A DNA stretch of 62,886 nt, filler included, from Octopus bimaculoides (Eukaryota): NCBI RefSeq assembly GCF_001194135.2. It is 6 parts of 6 records of this genome, joined end to end, with 100 filler letters (N's around TTAATTAATTAA, not from the genome) between each part and the next. Parts side by side here need not be neighbours in the genome. Positions count along the whole stretch, not along the records: positions 1 to 18,187 come from NC_068984.1; 5 more parts are not named here. The stretch is one strand, 5' to 3'. Of this stretch, positions 1-11,669 are shown piece after piece. Under the pieces are notes generated by a model, which made no database searches, was not told the DNA's origin, and saw only the letters and a list, made by a program, of their open reading frames with translations. Both the position numbers and the translations under genes were made by a program. The number at the start of each line of letters is the position of its first letter. Positions within the stretch are counted from its first letter, which is position 1.

Positions 1-46
<46 letters not shown>
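1..46. repeat. (TA)n microsatellite, representative of dozens of (TA)n, (CA)n and (GA)n tracts
   Basis: Direct reading; others e.g. 3951-4008, 5049-5118, 16404-16500, 57598-57795. Confidence 0.98.
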
Positions 47-50
<4 letters not shown>

Positions 51-654
51 TTTATATATCTATTATATAGGGGTATAGCTATGATTGTGAGATTAAGGCT
101 TTCCTTTCTATAACAAGGAAATTTGGTCAAGTGTCTTCGACTGTTACTTAGGCTGACAAATGTTTTTGAGTAGAATTTAGTGAAAGAGCAACTGTACAGA
201 ATATATAAGTGGAAATAAATTCGTGAGTTATACCATGTAGATCAAGGAATACCAAGGAAACTCTGGGTTTCCGCGAGAAATGATGCGATTTGAAGAACGC
301 AGTTAATACTGAAAGCGAAAAGAAAATACATTTCTTGCGCAATTCCTACCGTTCCGTTACTCTATTTTGTCTGTCATCGGATACAATATACGAGCACTAT
401 CAATTGCGATCTTTCCATCAATCAATCCAGCCAGTCGGAAGAAACCAGCTGATCAAAAGCTGTCCAAAATGTATGCCACACTTTCTAGTAATAAGCGCGC
501 GCGCACACATACAGATATAATATGCTATCCATTCTTATAACTTACAGTAGTGATCTCTATGTTATTTTATTATCAAGATCTAGCTTTTTCTCCAATGTTG
601 TTATATTGTTGTTAATTTTATTGTAGTCATGTCTGTCCTATAATTGTATAGTGC

Positions 655-900
655 TTGTGAAGGTGTATGACCAAATAATTAGGGTATTCAGCACAGGATC
701 GTAATGTTATGAGTTCGACGGCGAGTTGTGCCCTTATGCAAAACACTTTATTTCACATAGCTCCTGTCTACTTGGGTGACAAAATGAGTGGCACTTGTAT
801 TTCAGAGGGCCAGCCTTGTCACACTCTGTGTCACGTTGAATTTTCCTGATAACTACGTTAATGGTCCGCATGTCTGTGGAGTGCTCAGCCACTTGTGACA
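655..900 (+). mobile_element. Degraded tRNA-derived SINE (family D)
   Basis: Shares gccagccttgtcacactctgtgtcacg..gtctgtggagtgctcagccacttg with the copy at 8727-9120. Confidence 0.65.
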
Positions 901-1007
901 TTTCTATAATACTTGTAATAAAAGAAAATTAACGATATTAATGATAATTTTAATATTTTGAACTTGTAAACGACACACGGAGTGTCGAAATATTGTTCAT
1001 TCGTTTC

Positions 1008-1041
<34 letters not shown>

Positions 1042-1042
<1 letters not shown>

Positions 1043-1250
1043 GGCTTCAAATTTTGACACAACATCAGCAATTTTAGAAGAGGGGTAACTTCGTCATATC
1101 AATAATAACTTGTGCTTATTCTATCGAACCCCAAAGCAATGAAAAGCAAAGCTGATCTTGGCAAGACTTGAACACAGAATGCAAAAAGCCAAAAGAAAGG
1201 ATGCCACCTATTTTGTCTGATACGATAACAATTCTGCCAGCTCACCCCAC
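1042..1250 (-). mobile_element. SINE family A, degraded
   Basis: Matches gagctggcagaa...gagttcaa...gccttttcat...tcgatag core. Confidence 0.65.
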
Positions 1251-2059
1251 CCCGCATTAATAAAAATAGAAATTAAAATAATAATATCAATAATAAAAGC
1301 TCAAAAATAATGAAAATAATAATAAAATTGAAACTACAATTATTTTCTATTTAGGTTGCTCCGAAGAATCCCCATAATCTCTATTCTTTACATATTTTGA
1401 AGGAACTACTTATTTTGTATTTTTGCCTTTGAATATTTTTGTCTATAAGGGCGGGCGGCACCTTTTCAAAAAATTAAATCAAATCCCTTTTTGTTGAGAA
1501 GTCAAAGATCATTCCATCTTTTTATGCAAACCATTTAAAATTCATGAACTGATGCAAGGGTGATTGGTAGTTAAGAGAGACAAAGTGAGAGAATGAGGGG
1601 GAATAATGCAGAGTTAAATCAAAGCAAAAATATATATATACATAAAACAACCACACAAACAATAAGTAGTATGCAGACATAATGGAAGATCTTAAGAATA
1701 TATAAAATTCAGGGGAAAAATACATGAAAGTACATACACATTTTTTTTTTTTGGTTTTGTTAATGATAAAAATATAAAAAGATTTTTAACAGCTTCATTA
1801 TGAATAATAGATGACTGAACTTCTGTCTCTCCTCCCTACTTCCAGATTTTGGATGAATTTTCAATATCAATTATTCAATAGACCAAATACCCTAACCTCC
1901 ACCAATCCGCCACATATTTTGAAAGTATTTTAAAGTAAAAACATTCCGGTAAACAAATACAAACACTTACACACATACGCATATAGATTTGTAAGTGAGT
2001 ACGGGTATGTGTGTGTGTGTGTGTGTGTACATATATTATATATGAATATATATAAGTAT

Positions 2060-2465
2060 ATATATACGCTTTTACTCTTTCACACGTTTCAGTCATTTGA
2101 CTGCGGCCATGCTGAAGCACCGCCTTTAGTCGATGAAATCGACTCCAGGATTTATTCTTTGTCAGCCTAGTACTTATTCTATCGGTCTCTTTTGCCGAAC
2201 CGGTATGTTTCGGGTACATAAACACACCTACATCGGTTGTCAAGCGATGGTATAGGGGACAAACACACACACAAAAGCACACATCCATACATATGCATAC
2301 GTCTATATATATATATATATACACAATGAGCTTCTTTTAGTTTCCGTCTACCAAATCCACTCACAAGGCTTTGGTAGGCCCGAGGCTATGGTAGAATACA
2401 CTTGCCCAAGGTGCCAAGCAGTGGGACTGAACCCGGAACCATATGGTTGGAAAGCGAAACTTCTT
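2060..2465 (-). mobile_element. SINE family B (tRNA head, cttgggcaagtg core, internal microsatellite)
   Basis: ggttccgggttcagtcccact..cttgggcaagtgt..gatttggtagacggaaact..ggcggtgcttcagcatggccgcagtcaaatgactgaaac. Confidence 0.88.
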
Positions 2466-2749
2466 TATTTCATTAAATTTGCCATTTAGGCATAACATAG
2501 ATTAGCAGAAGCTAGGGCTGGACAGAAACATTAATGAAATGAGATGAATAGTGTACGTGATTATATAGATGGGAGAAGACAAAGCCGCCCACCGAACTTT
2601 GCTTCTCTAAAACTTTGTTCTTTTTTTTTTTAATCATAAATTTTAAACAAACAGAATTCAATTATAACAGTCAATTCAATTTCTCATATATGAGGCAACA
2701 AGCCTCTTACAAATGTTCATATTGTTCATGATATCTATCACTGAAACAT

Positions 2750-2905
2750 TTTCGCCTTTCATGCATAACCCTCCTCATCACTTGTGTGTCCGATTCCCAT
2801 CAACGCCCTCGCACACGCCCTCTCTAGGCACACGTCGAGTGGCGTGTCGGCGTCGCCAGGCACCACGTAAAATATTTCTCTGAAGTCATATAGCTTCTGC
2901 ACTGT
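2750..2905 (-). other. GC-rich island, possible terminal coding remnant
   Basis: Open frame QKLYDFREIFYVVPGDADTPLDVCLERACARALMGIGHTSDEEGYA*; EIFYVVPGD is loosely like FRAS1 QVIYIIGPD. Could instead be a CpG-rich regulatory element. Confidence 0.25.
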
Positions 2906-2989
2906 GTCCCATATTAATATATATGTATGTATGTATGTATCATTTACCTGGACATGGTTCGATGTTTCAATATGTTTGCATGTGTGTGC

Positions 2990-3148
2990 GCACGTGCATG
3001 TGTCTATGAATGTATATAACTTTGGTAAATCGTGTTTAAGTTTTCTTGAAATTTCTGCTGATCATATAAGATTCTGGTAGATTTAATATTGTAGTTGGAC
3101 CTGAGTGCAAAACCAGTAATGCCCTCATACTGGCCACTGTATTTCATG
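2990..3148 (-). CDS. Exon remnant near C-terminus of the FREM/FRAS1-like gene
   Basis: ctcactttcatcag acceptor. MKYSGQYEGITGFALRSNYNIKSTRILY resembles FRAS1 GVDGFTLKVDALY and FREM2 PGSDGFKVDS; 3' boundary unclear. Confidence 0.4.
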
Positions 3149-3299
3149 CTGATGAAAGTGAGTTATGCATATATAATTTTGTTTACACATGATCTGTATC
3201 TAAGATACGTATATATATATGGGCTATGAGTGTTTAATTCAGAATTTTTATATCTTGGCTTATTTTCCGTGTGACATTTATTTAAACTCTTTCTTTATA

Positions 3300-3545
3300 T
3301 TGGGTTGGTGCATAATTATCACGGCTTTTTTCAACAAATTTTATTCAACAAAAACAATAACTGTATTTAACAAGCACATCTTTAAATGACGGTCTGATCG
3401 TCTGCCAAGCAAATGGGAAGCAGTAATTGAAGTAGATGGTGAATATGCTCCGGAATAATCATTTTAAATGTTTTTGTCATATGTTATTGTTTTTGTTGAA
3501 TAAAATTTGTTGAAAAAAAGCCGCAATAATTATGCACCAACCCAA
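3300..3545. mobile_element. Mariner-type MITE (Hsmar1/MADE1-like TIRs)
   Basis: ~65-bp TIRs ttgggttggtgcataattat..ggcttttttcaacaaattttattcaacaaaaacaataac; TA on both flanks. Confidence 0.9.
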
Positions 3546-3689
3546 TATATTTGTATATTATCCCTCTCTTCTATGTCCGTCAGGTACATATTGGTTCATG
3601 ATCGTTGTTCTGGTAGCAGGTGAATGTTTTTAATGGGGTATTGTTGCAAGCCCCGGGTACTACCCACCTCCTTTTTCAACCCCAGAAAA

Positions 3690-3930
3690 TGTAAAGTAAC
3701 GTCAATATTCTAACGCTTTCATCCAATATGGAGATTGAATATCATCATTGACAACAGATACTCATCAATCGTTATGCCAGCTGCCAGCTAAACTGTGAAA
3801 CTTGGATAAATATAGTGAAGATCTCTCAGTTGCTGGATACTGCCTAGATTCAATCCTGAGCATCTTTTACCGGGAGCGAGTGAGAAACAAAGAAGCAATG
3901 AAGAGAGCAGGCGTTAAAAGTGTGCAAGAC
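3690..3930 (+). mobile_element. Old RTE-like LINE RT C-terminal fragment
   Basis: YCLDSILSIFYRERVRNKEAMKRAGVKSV matches the RCLR.IL.I.W.DRV.N.EVL.RAG..S pattern. Confidence 0.55.
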
Positions 3931-3947
3931 ATTTAGATATATAAAAG

Positions 3948-4011
<64 letters not shown>

Positions 4012-4196
4012 TGAATGTAATTTATGCGCGTCCACAAATTAGCGTGCATGTCGCTCCAGTTTTAGGAGGACATTCGTCATGACCCTAGCTGTATTTTCGT
4101 CAACTTATTTTCCTCAGAGGTACCAGCGAATAGCCGTAAAAATAAATTTTCAACCGAAACTTTTAATAATTTTCAAGTCGGAGAAATCACCATTGT

Positions 4197-5038
4197 TTAC
4201 AAATAGGAGTTAAGTCCCCTTCTAGCGACGAGTAAGATTTTGTTAAGACTTTTGTTGCTTTTTTTCCATCGAGGAAAAAAGTGTTTTGTTGATATACGGG
4301 TGTCGAAGGCTTCATTGTTAAGAAGGTTGTGTGTGGAGATGTATGGTAGGGCTTTTGGTTGTAAAACCTTCTTTAATTTAGGATGTCTGAATTCCTGGAT
4401 GTTGAGTTGAAAGGTACGTTGAAAGCATATGTCAATTAGTGAAGGTAGGTAGTTCCTGGTGATGAGTGTATCTTTTACTTCATGTAGTCGTGTGTCTCTG
4501 GTGGTTGCATTAGAGACTATAGTACATATCCTTTTTGCCAGGTTGAAGGGGATATTCATTCTGGTGTGTCTGGGGTGGCATGAGCTGAACGATAGATATT
4601 GCTTGGAGTCCGTGGGATTATAGTATATATCTGTTTCTATTACGTTGTTAGATTTCTTAATGAGGAAATCGAGGAAGGGAAGTTGTTGATGGCTATATTC
4701 CATCGTGAATTGAATGTTTACGTCAAGTCCATTTATAAGTGCTTGGAATTTTTTAAGTCTCTCTATATTTTCATGCCAAATAATGAAACAGTCATCCAGG
4801 TATCTCTTCCAGTTATTTTCTATGTAGAGGGAGAATGGGCTGCCGTATGTTTTTAGAACCTTACGATAAAGACTAATTTCTAAATATCCTTCGACTACGT
4901 TAGCAAAGGAAGGGGCCATTCTCGTACCCATCGCAATCCCCGATTTTTGTCGATAGAAGTTGTCTTTGAAGACGAAGTAGTTATTTTCCAAGATGAATTT
5001 TAGCCCGTCTATCACAAATTGGTTTTTGACGCGATGTG
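4197..5038 (-). mobile_element. Penelope-like element reverse transcriptase fragment (Neptune/Naiad-like)
   Basis: QKSGIAMGTRMAPSFAN, WKRYLDDCFIIW, LPFLD, DIYYNPTDSKQYLSFSSCHPRH; ~280 open codons, cut 5' by a gap and microsatellite. Confidence 0.92.
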
Positions 5039-5048
5039 NNNNNNNNNN

Positions 5049-5120
<72 letters not shown>

Positions 5121-5379
5121 AATGGTGTTATACACCGGAGGTCACGAGGAACTTCCATTTTTATGCCCAATTCTTAATCGAAAGTCTTAAGAATTATTAA
5201 CCCAATAAAAAATATTAACTACTCGCTTTTACCTGACGAACAAATGTAACTTTTTCTTACTTTTTACTTTTACTTGAACTGGTTTCATCCCGGGACTGTA
5301 ACCAGGCTGGGGTACCGCTATTAATCTTAGTGCTAGGTTATTTCAAATTCACTTCTCAAACTTCACGCCAATTTTGGTT

Positions 5380-5650
5380 CTAGTAAAATCGTCACATAGA
5401 GAAACTGCATTTACTTGTGTTTCTGAATGTGTTGCGAGATCATCTGGTATCTCAGATGAAAAATCACCTAAATATTTTTTGAACGTGACCACATCTATAC
5501 CTCACAGATCTATGAGGATCTTAGACCAGGTATTGAAAAGTTATAGCCCCTTGAAATTTAAAAAGTTACAATTTGGGGTCCTTACTCTTGATTGCGAGAG
5601 TGAGATCGTTGGTAAAAAACTGTGCCGTACAATTCGGAGATTGGTATAAA
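5380..5650 (-). mobile_element. Decayed CR1/Jockey-group LINE 3' end
   Basis: FKGL*LFNTWSKILIDL*GIDVVTFKKYLGDFSSEIPDD matches the G..LFN.LP..L..L.G.....FK..LD..L..IPD pattern. Confidence 0.6.
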
Positions 5651-5829
5651 TTTCAATCCCAGACTATAAACGTTTATGTAACTACTGTTTGATCTTCATT
5701 TGTTCTTTGAAAGCTTATTCTCCCATAGTGCACTGTCTCCTACACTTCGTTCCATGTAACACATGCGTATTTCAATTAAGTAACTTCCATGTGGTCACTC
5801 ACCATGCAAGAAATAATAGTCAATCCCTA

Positions 5830-6410
5830 ATGCTTAAATGGTTCTTACTTTATCGATTCTGAAAGAATAAAAGACAAAGTCGACCTTCGAATTGAACACA
5901 AAATGTAAAGAGCCACAAAAATGCCGCAAACATTTTGCCCACTGTGCTAGCGATTCTATTAGTTCACCGCCATTTCTTTCAACTATTGGCACAAGGCTTG
6001 AAATTTTAAGAGAGTGGGGCTAGTCGAGTACGTACACCCCAGAGCTCAAATCGTACTCATTTTATCGACCCCAAAAAGACGATAGACAAAGTAAACCTCG
6101 GTTGTATTTGAACACAGAACGTAAAGAAACAAAAGAAATTCGGCTAAGGATTTTGTCCAATACACTAATGCTTCTGCTAGATTATCTTCTATAGAATAAT
6201 CCTTTATACTATAGGCACGAGGCCTGAAATTTTGGGGGAGGGAACCAGTTGATTACATCGACCCCAGTGTTTCACTGGTACTTAATGTATCGACCCCGAA
6301 AAGATGAAAGGGATAGTCGACTTTGGCAGAATTTGAACTCAGAAGGTAAAGACAGACGAAATTCCGCTAAGCATTTTGTCCGGTGTGTGCAAACGATTCT
6401 ACTAGCTTAC
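5830..6410 (-). mobile_element. Three tandem SINE family A copies
   Basis: Three repeats of aaagtcgacct..gaatttgaac.cagaa.gtaaag. Confidence 0.8.
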
Positions 6411-6608
6411 TGTCTTATCATACATATAATAATATATGGAAAATAAATATTAAAAAAAAAGTGTCGTCTAAAATATAAGATCTGAAGACTAAATGATACC
6501 AAAGTGAAACAGATACTACAAAATACCACATGCGACATCGAAGTACCATGTTTGTCAAAGGCAATCTATATTATGAAGAAAAAATAAATTTTCGTTGTCA
6601 TCATCTAC

Positions 6609-6727
6609 CTGCATTCTCTCTTCTCCGGTTACCAAACTGAAATACGATGGTGTTTATATAAAATAGGTGAAAGTTGTTACTGTCGTATGGCGAGGTTGGT
6701 ATTGTTCCTAAGATACTCCAAGAATAT
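6609..6727 (-). CDS. 119-bp stop-free exon remnant (phase 2 to 1)
   Basis: CAG acceptor and CAG|GTAGAT donor. YSWSILGTIPTSPYDSNNFHLFYINTIVFQFG resembles FREM2 IYGRVMVDP..GDSF..SIEKVFLCTG. Confidence 0.5.
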
Positions 6728-7225
6728 CTGCTTTCGAGTATGGAAATATTAATTTTCATATTCAAACGCGATGTACATGAAATTCACTTGTATCAACTAC
6801 GCGTTAATCAAAGTATAAAATACCATGAAACCCGAAAAGATCTGTCAATTGCTTATATATACATTTATATATATATATATATATAGATATATATATATAT
6901 ATGCATATATATATANNNNNNNNNNNNNNNNNNNNNNNNNNNNNNNNNNNNNNNNNNNNNNNNNNNNNNNNNNNNNNNNNNNNNNNNNNNNNNNNNNNNN
7001 NNNNNNNNNNNNNNNATGTAACTTTTTTTCTACTGAACCAAATCTCAAACTACTTATGCCAAAGTATAGCTGAGGAGGTGTCCTCTTTAGAACTATTAAC
7101 AGTTTGCAATTTAGTTGAGAACTGAATTAGTGGTGAAGCTTAGGAGCTGCTGCGATTGACGAAATGGTTGTCTTAAGAATATATTCAAACACTACCGTGG
7201 TTGAACGATATATACACACACAAAC

Positions 7226-7256
<31 letters not shown>

Positions 7257-7324
7257 TACATACATTTATATATATATACATGCATACACACATATGTGTG
7301 TGTTTGTGTATGTTTGTGTGTGTA

Positions 7325-7369
<45 letters not shown>

Positions 7370-7605
7370 CTATTAGTGACAGATCACATTGCAGAAGATG
7401 TCGTGCATTTTATCCACAGCCTTCAGCAAGGTGCTTTACTCTTGTACTAATGGGATTTTCAGACATGAAATCTGAAATCTAAATTCTAGACTATGAAACC
7501 CTTCTACCATGATAATCCACATAATCTACTTTTGTTTTTTTTTCTTGTATTTTTCTTTTTCCTGTTGTTATATTACTTTTTTTCATGATTGTATTTATTT
7601 TTTGC

Positions 7606-7607
<2 letters not shown>

Positions 7608-7677
<70 letters not shown>
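7608..7677. repeat. (TTA)n trinucleotide repeat (others 27527-27630, 28808-28901, 61331-61411, 62546-62608)
   Basis: Direct reading. Confidence 0.98.
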
Positions 7678-7678
<1 letters not shown>

Positions 7679-7898
7679 CGTTATTTTTTTTTCCTTTCAT
7701 AAATTCGTTGAAATAAATCCTCTATTGCAGTCATATTGTCTTTTGTGTGTGATGTTCAGAGTCTTGAAGAGTAGTTAAAGTCTTTGACAGAACATATCGG
7801 TAATTTCAAGTGGCAGCTTCTATCATTTCTCTGACAAGAACAGTATGTAATCCAATATGCATTTTTTTCCGAAATATTTAACATTCTATGTAAGTTAC

Positions 7899-8060
7899 CT
7901 GCTATTTATAGCCGGTTGTATAGTTCGTTGTGTGAAAAAGACACTGCCAAATATAGATGTATTGGGAACTTGTATGAGCGAAGAGGGCAGAGCGGAATGA
8001 AATGTTTACAAGGTGAAGAAAATGGATTTTGACAACTAGGTGACCAATGTAACGAAACAC
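7899..8060 (-). pseudogene. 162-bp exon remnant with TAG one codon before the donor
   Basis: gatag acceptor and CAG|GTAACT donor. VFRYIGHLVVKIHFLHLVNISFRSALFAHTSSQYIYIW resembles FREM2 [25 protein letters not shown]. Confidence 0.45.
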
Positions 8061-8165
8061 CTATCAGTTTAAAATTAAGTTGGGTGTGGATTAACATAAT
8101 GCTGCGTTTTTTTCCTTTCCGTCACCTTCTTGATCTTGGAAACAACAAAAACAACAACATCAATG

Positions 8166-8199
<34 letters not shown>

Positions 8200-8204
8200 T
8201 GATG

Positions 8205-8590
8205 ATTCTTGTTTTAGACATAAAGCCAACAGTTTGAGAAGAAAAGGGTTAAGTTGATTTTATCGATCTCGGTACTTGACTGACTCTTTATTTTATTGAA
8301 CAAGATGAAAGGCAAAGTTGACCTCAGCGGGATTTGATTTCACTACTTAAAATGTCGGAAGAAATACCACAAAGTATTTCCCTGACATTCTAATGATTCT
8401 GCCATTTCACTGCCCCCAATTGTCTCTCTGATTTAGATACATGACCAACAAGTTCGAGAGAAGGCGTTTAGTTCATAGCAACAATCCTGGTACTGAATTG
8501 GTACTTTATTTTTTTTTTACCCAGAACAGATGAAAGGCAAAGTTGATCCCCACCCCCACCTAGCAAAATTTGAACTCAGAACGTAAAGAA
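8205..8590 (-). mobile_element. Two SINE family A copies
   Basis: gatgaaaggcaaagttgac motif twice. Confidence 0.75.
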
Positions 8591-8726
8591 CAGAATAAAG
8601 ATTTATAGATACAAAAGGAGCGTGGGGGTTTAATTAAGATACTAAAATTATCAAAGTTAATCAAAATAATTACACAAATTAATTACATGAATATATGTAA
8701 TCCACGTATAATCTAGAAATTATCGT

Positions 8727-9120
8727 TTTAACATTGTTCTTGGCACTCCGTCGCTTACGACGTCGAGGGTTCCAGTTGATCCGATCAGCGGAACAGCCTG
8801 CTCGTGAAATTAACGCGCAAGTAGCTGAGCACTCCACAGACACGTGTACCCTTAACGTAGTTCTCGGGGATATTCAGCGTGACACAGTTTGACAAGGCTG
8901 ACCCTTTGAATTACAGGCACAACAGAAACAAGAAGTAAGAGTGAGAGAAAGTTGTGGTGAAAGAGTACAGCAGCGTTCGCCACCATCACCTGCCGAAGCC
9001 TCGTGGAGTTTTAGGTGTTTCGGCTCAATAAACACTCACAGCGCCCGGTCTGGGAATCGAAACCGCGATCCTATAACCGCGAGTCCACTGCCCTAGCCAC
9101 TGGGCCATTGCGCATCCACA
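8727..9120 (-). mobile_element. Near full-length tRNA-Arg-like SINE (family D; OR-type octopus SINE by inference)
   Basis: A box TGGCCCAGTGG, B box GGTTTCGATTCCC, TCG anticodon-like loop, non-tRNA body. Confidence 0.85.
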
Positions 9121-9132
9121 ATTTTAACATAC

Positions 9133-9272
9133 ACTGGTGGGAATCTGCTGCATAGTTCAGAGTACCTCCAGCCTCTGCTCAAACGACACTCCTTGTAAAG
9201 AAGTATACACAAAGGCATTTGAAAGAATCCAGTGTCTTCCAGGAATGTCTGTCTTATATAAGACAGGCATTC
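9133..9272 (-). pseudogene. 140-bp exon remnant (phase 1 to 0) with in-frame TGA
   Basis: ttccag acceptor and GTATGT donor. GMPVLYKTDIPGRHWILSNAFVYTSLQGVSFEQRLEVL*TMQQIPTS resembles FREM2 QQWSFVSDFAVRDYSG...LVPCT. The acceptor overlaps a MITE end and a palindrome, so the 5' boundary is doubtful. Confidence 0.5.
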
Positions 9273-9490
9273 CTGGAAACTTTGGATAAAGAAAATACGG
9301 GAGGATCAGTTAATTAACCCATCCTCCTGTTAATTATGATTTTATTCAACATATTCCCCTCTCAGATTCACATACTTATAACAACGGTCCTTCAGATTTT
9401 CTAAGCCTTGTAAAAGAACTTGGGTGGTTGGACCTCCAGCCAGGCGTTTCACAATACCCTTAAAGCCAGGAACCTTTCAGCACCCCCTCG
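9268..9490. mobile_element. Mariner-type MITE (second family), left TIR lost
   Basis: Homologous to 29400-29613; right TIR ccaggaacctttcagcaccccctcg. Confidence 0.75.
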
Positions 9491-9721
9491 TCATGTGGCT
9501 ATTTATCCACATATTCAAGTACATAGTGTTGTTTGAATTCTCTTAAATCCACATTTCTTCATCCGTAGCCAAACACTTCATCCTCAAATCCCACATCAGA
9601 TGGCTCACTTTTGATTTCAGTGCCATTTTGCTTCTTAAGAGAAGCATGGACATCATTTTAGCCCAGTTTATCAGACATGCTTTTTGTTTAGGATCTGTGA
9701 GTTTTTTAATATTTTCTTAAT

Positions 9722-10181
9722 AAAGGCGACGAGCTGGCAAAAACGTTAGCACGCCGGCGGTGAGATGGCAGAAGCGTTAGCACGCTGGGCGAAATGCTTA
9801 GCAGTATTTCGTCTGTCATTATGTTCTGAGTTCAAATTCTGCCAAGGTCGACTTTATCTTTCGGGGTCGATAAATTAAGTACTAGTTGCGTACTAGGGTC
9901 GATTTAATCAACTGGCTCCGTCCCCAAACATTTCAGGCCTTTTGCTTAGAGTAGAAAAAAATATTTTTAAAATTAATTTTCATAGGCGCAGGAGTGGCTG
10001 TGTGGTAAGTAGCTTGCTTACNNNNNNNNNNNNNNNNNNNNNNNNNNNNNNNNNNNNNNNNNNNNNNNNNNNNNNNNNNNNNNNNNNNNNNNNNNNNNNN
10101 NNNNNNNNNNNNNNNNNNNNNNNNNNNNNNNNNNNNNNNNNNNNNNNNNNNNNNNNNNNNNNNNNNNNNNNNNNNNNNTAG

Positions 10182-10260
<79 letters not shown>

Positions 10261-10860
10261 CGTGTGTCTGTGTTTGTCCCCCAACATCGCTTGCCAACCG
10301 CTGCTGGTGTGTTTACGTCCCCGTAACTTAGCGGTTTGGCAAAAGAGAACGATAGAATAAGTACTAGGCATCCAAAGAATAAGTCCTGGGGTCGATTTGC
10401 TCGACTAAAGGCGGCGCTCCAGGATGGCCACAGTCAAATGACTGAAACAAGTAAAAGAGTAGTTTTCTATTCCTGTTCTTCCTCTATTTTTTGCACCATC
10501 TCAAGATATCGTGGCACTTCTGGCAGGGGTAACTTAGGTTTTCTGGCTATTGTTGGCAAGTGTCTTTTACTATAAGCCTTGAGCTGACCAATACCTTGGG
10601 AGTGAATTTTCTAGATGGAAACTGTGTGGAAACCCATCTTATATGGATATTCTTTTTCTGTTCGTGGCTGTATATGAATATGCATGCATGTGTGTCTCTC
10701 TATTTGTGTTTGTCTTCTCCTCACTGCTTGACAAGTGGTATTGGTCAGTTTACTTCTGCATATAAAAAAATAAATAATGGAATGAACTTGTTTGACTAAA
10801 CCTTCCAAGACAGTTCTCCAACATGGCCACAGTTCAACGACTGACACAAGTAAATGACAA
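9722..10860 (+). mobile_element. SINE A (9722-9960), SINE B across a gap (9983-10460), degraded SINE B (10540-10860)
   Basis: Family heads ggcgacgagctggca and ggcgcaggagtggctgtgtggtaagtagc; shared tails. Confidence 0.85.
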
Positions 10861-10964
10861 AAGATAAGAACATAAACATGTGTAAAGAATAGCGGCATAG
10901 CATGGGTTTTGGATGTCTTGTGCTGCAATCAAATTGGTTGACTGTTTCCTTAAATATGACTTAC

Positions 10965-11158
10965 CTTCAACTGCATCAAAGACTTCGTATATGAAGTGGT
11001 CACCCTGTACTATCCGCATCTTCCATACATCCGACACTACGCCACTGGTGATAAAATACCTCAAGGTTCCTTGTTTGCCTTCAGTGATTCTTCCAAATCT
11101 ACTGCTATTGATTGTATGAATCAATACTGAAGTGTTACTGTAACTAATTTTATCAAAT
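10965..11158 (-). CDS. Stop-free 194-bp internal exon (phase 2 to 1), FREM2/FRAS1 C-terminal-domain-like
   Basis: Acceptor ttcattattacag and donor GAAG|GTAAGT. 64 codons FDKISYSNTSVLIHTINSSRFGRITEGKQGTLRYFITSGVVSDVWKMRIVQGDHFIYEVFDAVE; loose match to FREM2 VHFKTEAQFHG..IMSADH. Confidence 0.6.
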
Positions 11159-11669
11159 CTGTAATAATGAAATGTAGATATACTGTTTCTCAATTATTTC
11201 AGAATATCAGATGACACTGGCATTAAAGAATTATATATATATTTTTTTCAGATGCATCATCAATATTAATTATTTTTAAAGACTAAAGGAAGATGTTATA
11301 CAGAACAGATATAACCCTGTTTATGTAAATCTATGGTTGAATTACTGTGAAATATTTCCTCTGAATCACGATTCTTGTTAACATTTCTCTTCTCTCTCTC
11401 TCACTCTATCTTTCTCTCCCTCCCTCCCCGCCTCTCTCTCTCTCTCTCTAAATCACTGTCTGGAATATATAGAAGATAATTTGCATTCTAATTAAACTTG
11501 TGTAAATTTACAAAGGCGTTTGCAGCATCTTCGGTTATCGACAAAGATCACAATGGATAGAAATATAGCAGTGTAAATATTTGTTAGGAATAACATATAA
11601 AAGTGAAAATAAAATTATTTGAGAACTGGGTTAAAACGATTGATTCCTTGATGAGATGCTGAAAGAGAT

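Noticed and set aside
3584-3619. Plus-strand exon-like segments with good splice signals (3584-3619 GTYWFMIVVLVAG; also ~1846 and 33772-33834)
   Set aside because: Cannot be linked in phase; the 33772 segment has stops in all frames; such signals are frequent by chance. An antisense lncRNA is not excluded.
4197-5038. Selenoprotein-type Naiad element
   Set aside because: No in-frame TGA in the visible RT and no recognisable SECIS
5374-5649. 91-aa plus-strand ORF
   Set aside because: Antisense of a decayed CR1-like RT end
9040-9120. tRNA gene (also the heads at 21813 and 41585)
   Set aside because: A and B boxes run into SINE bodies; no closed acceptor stem
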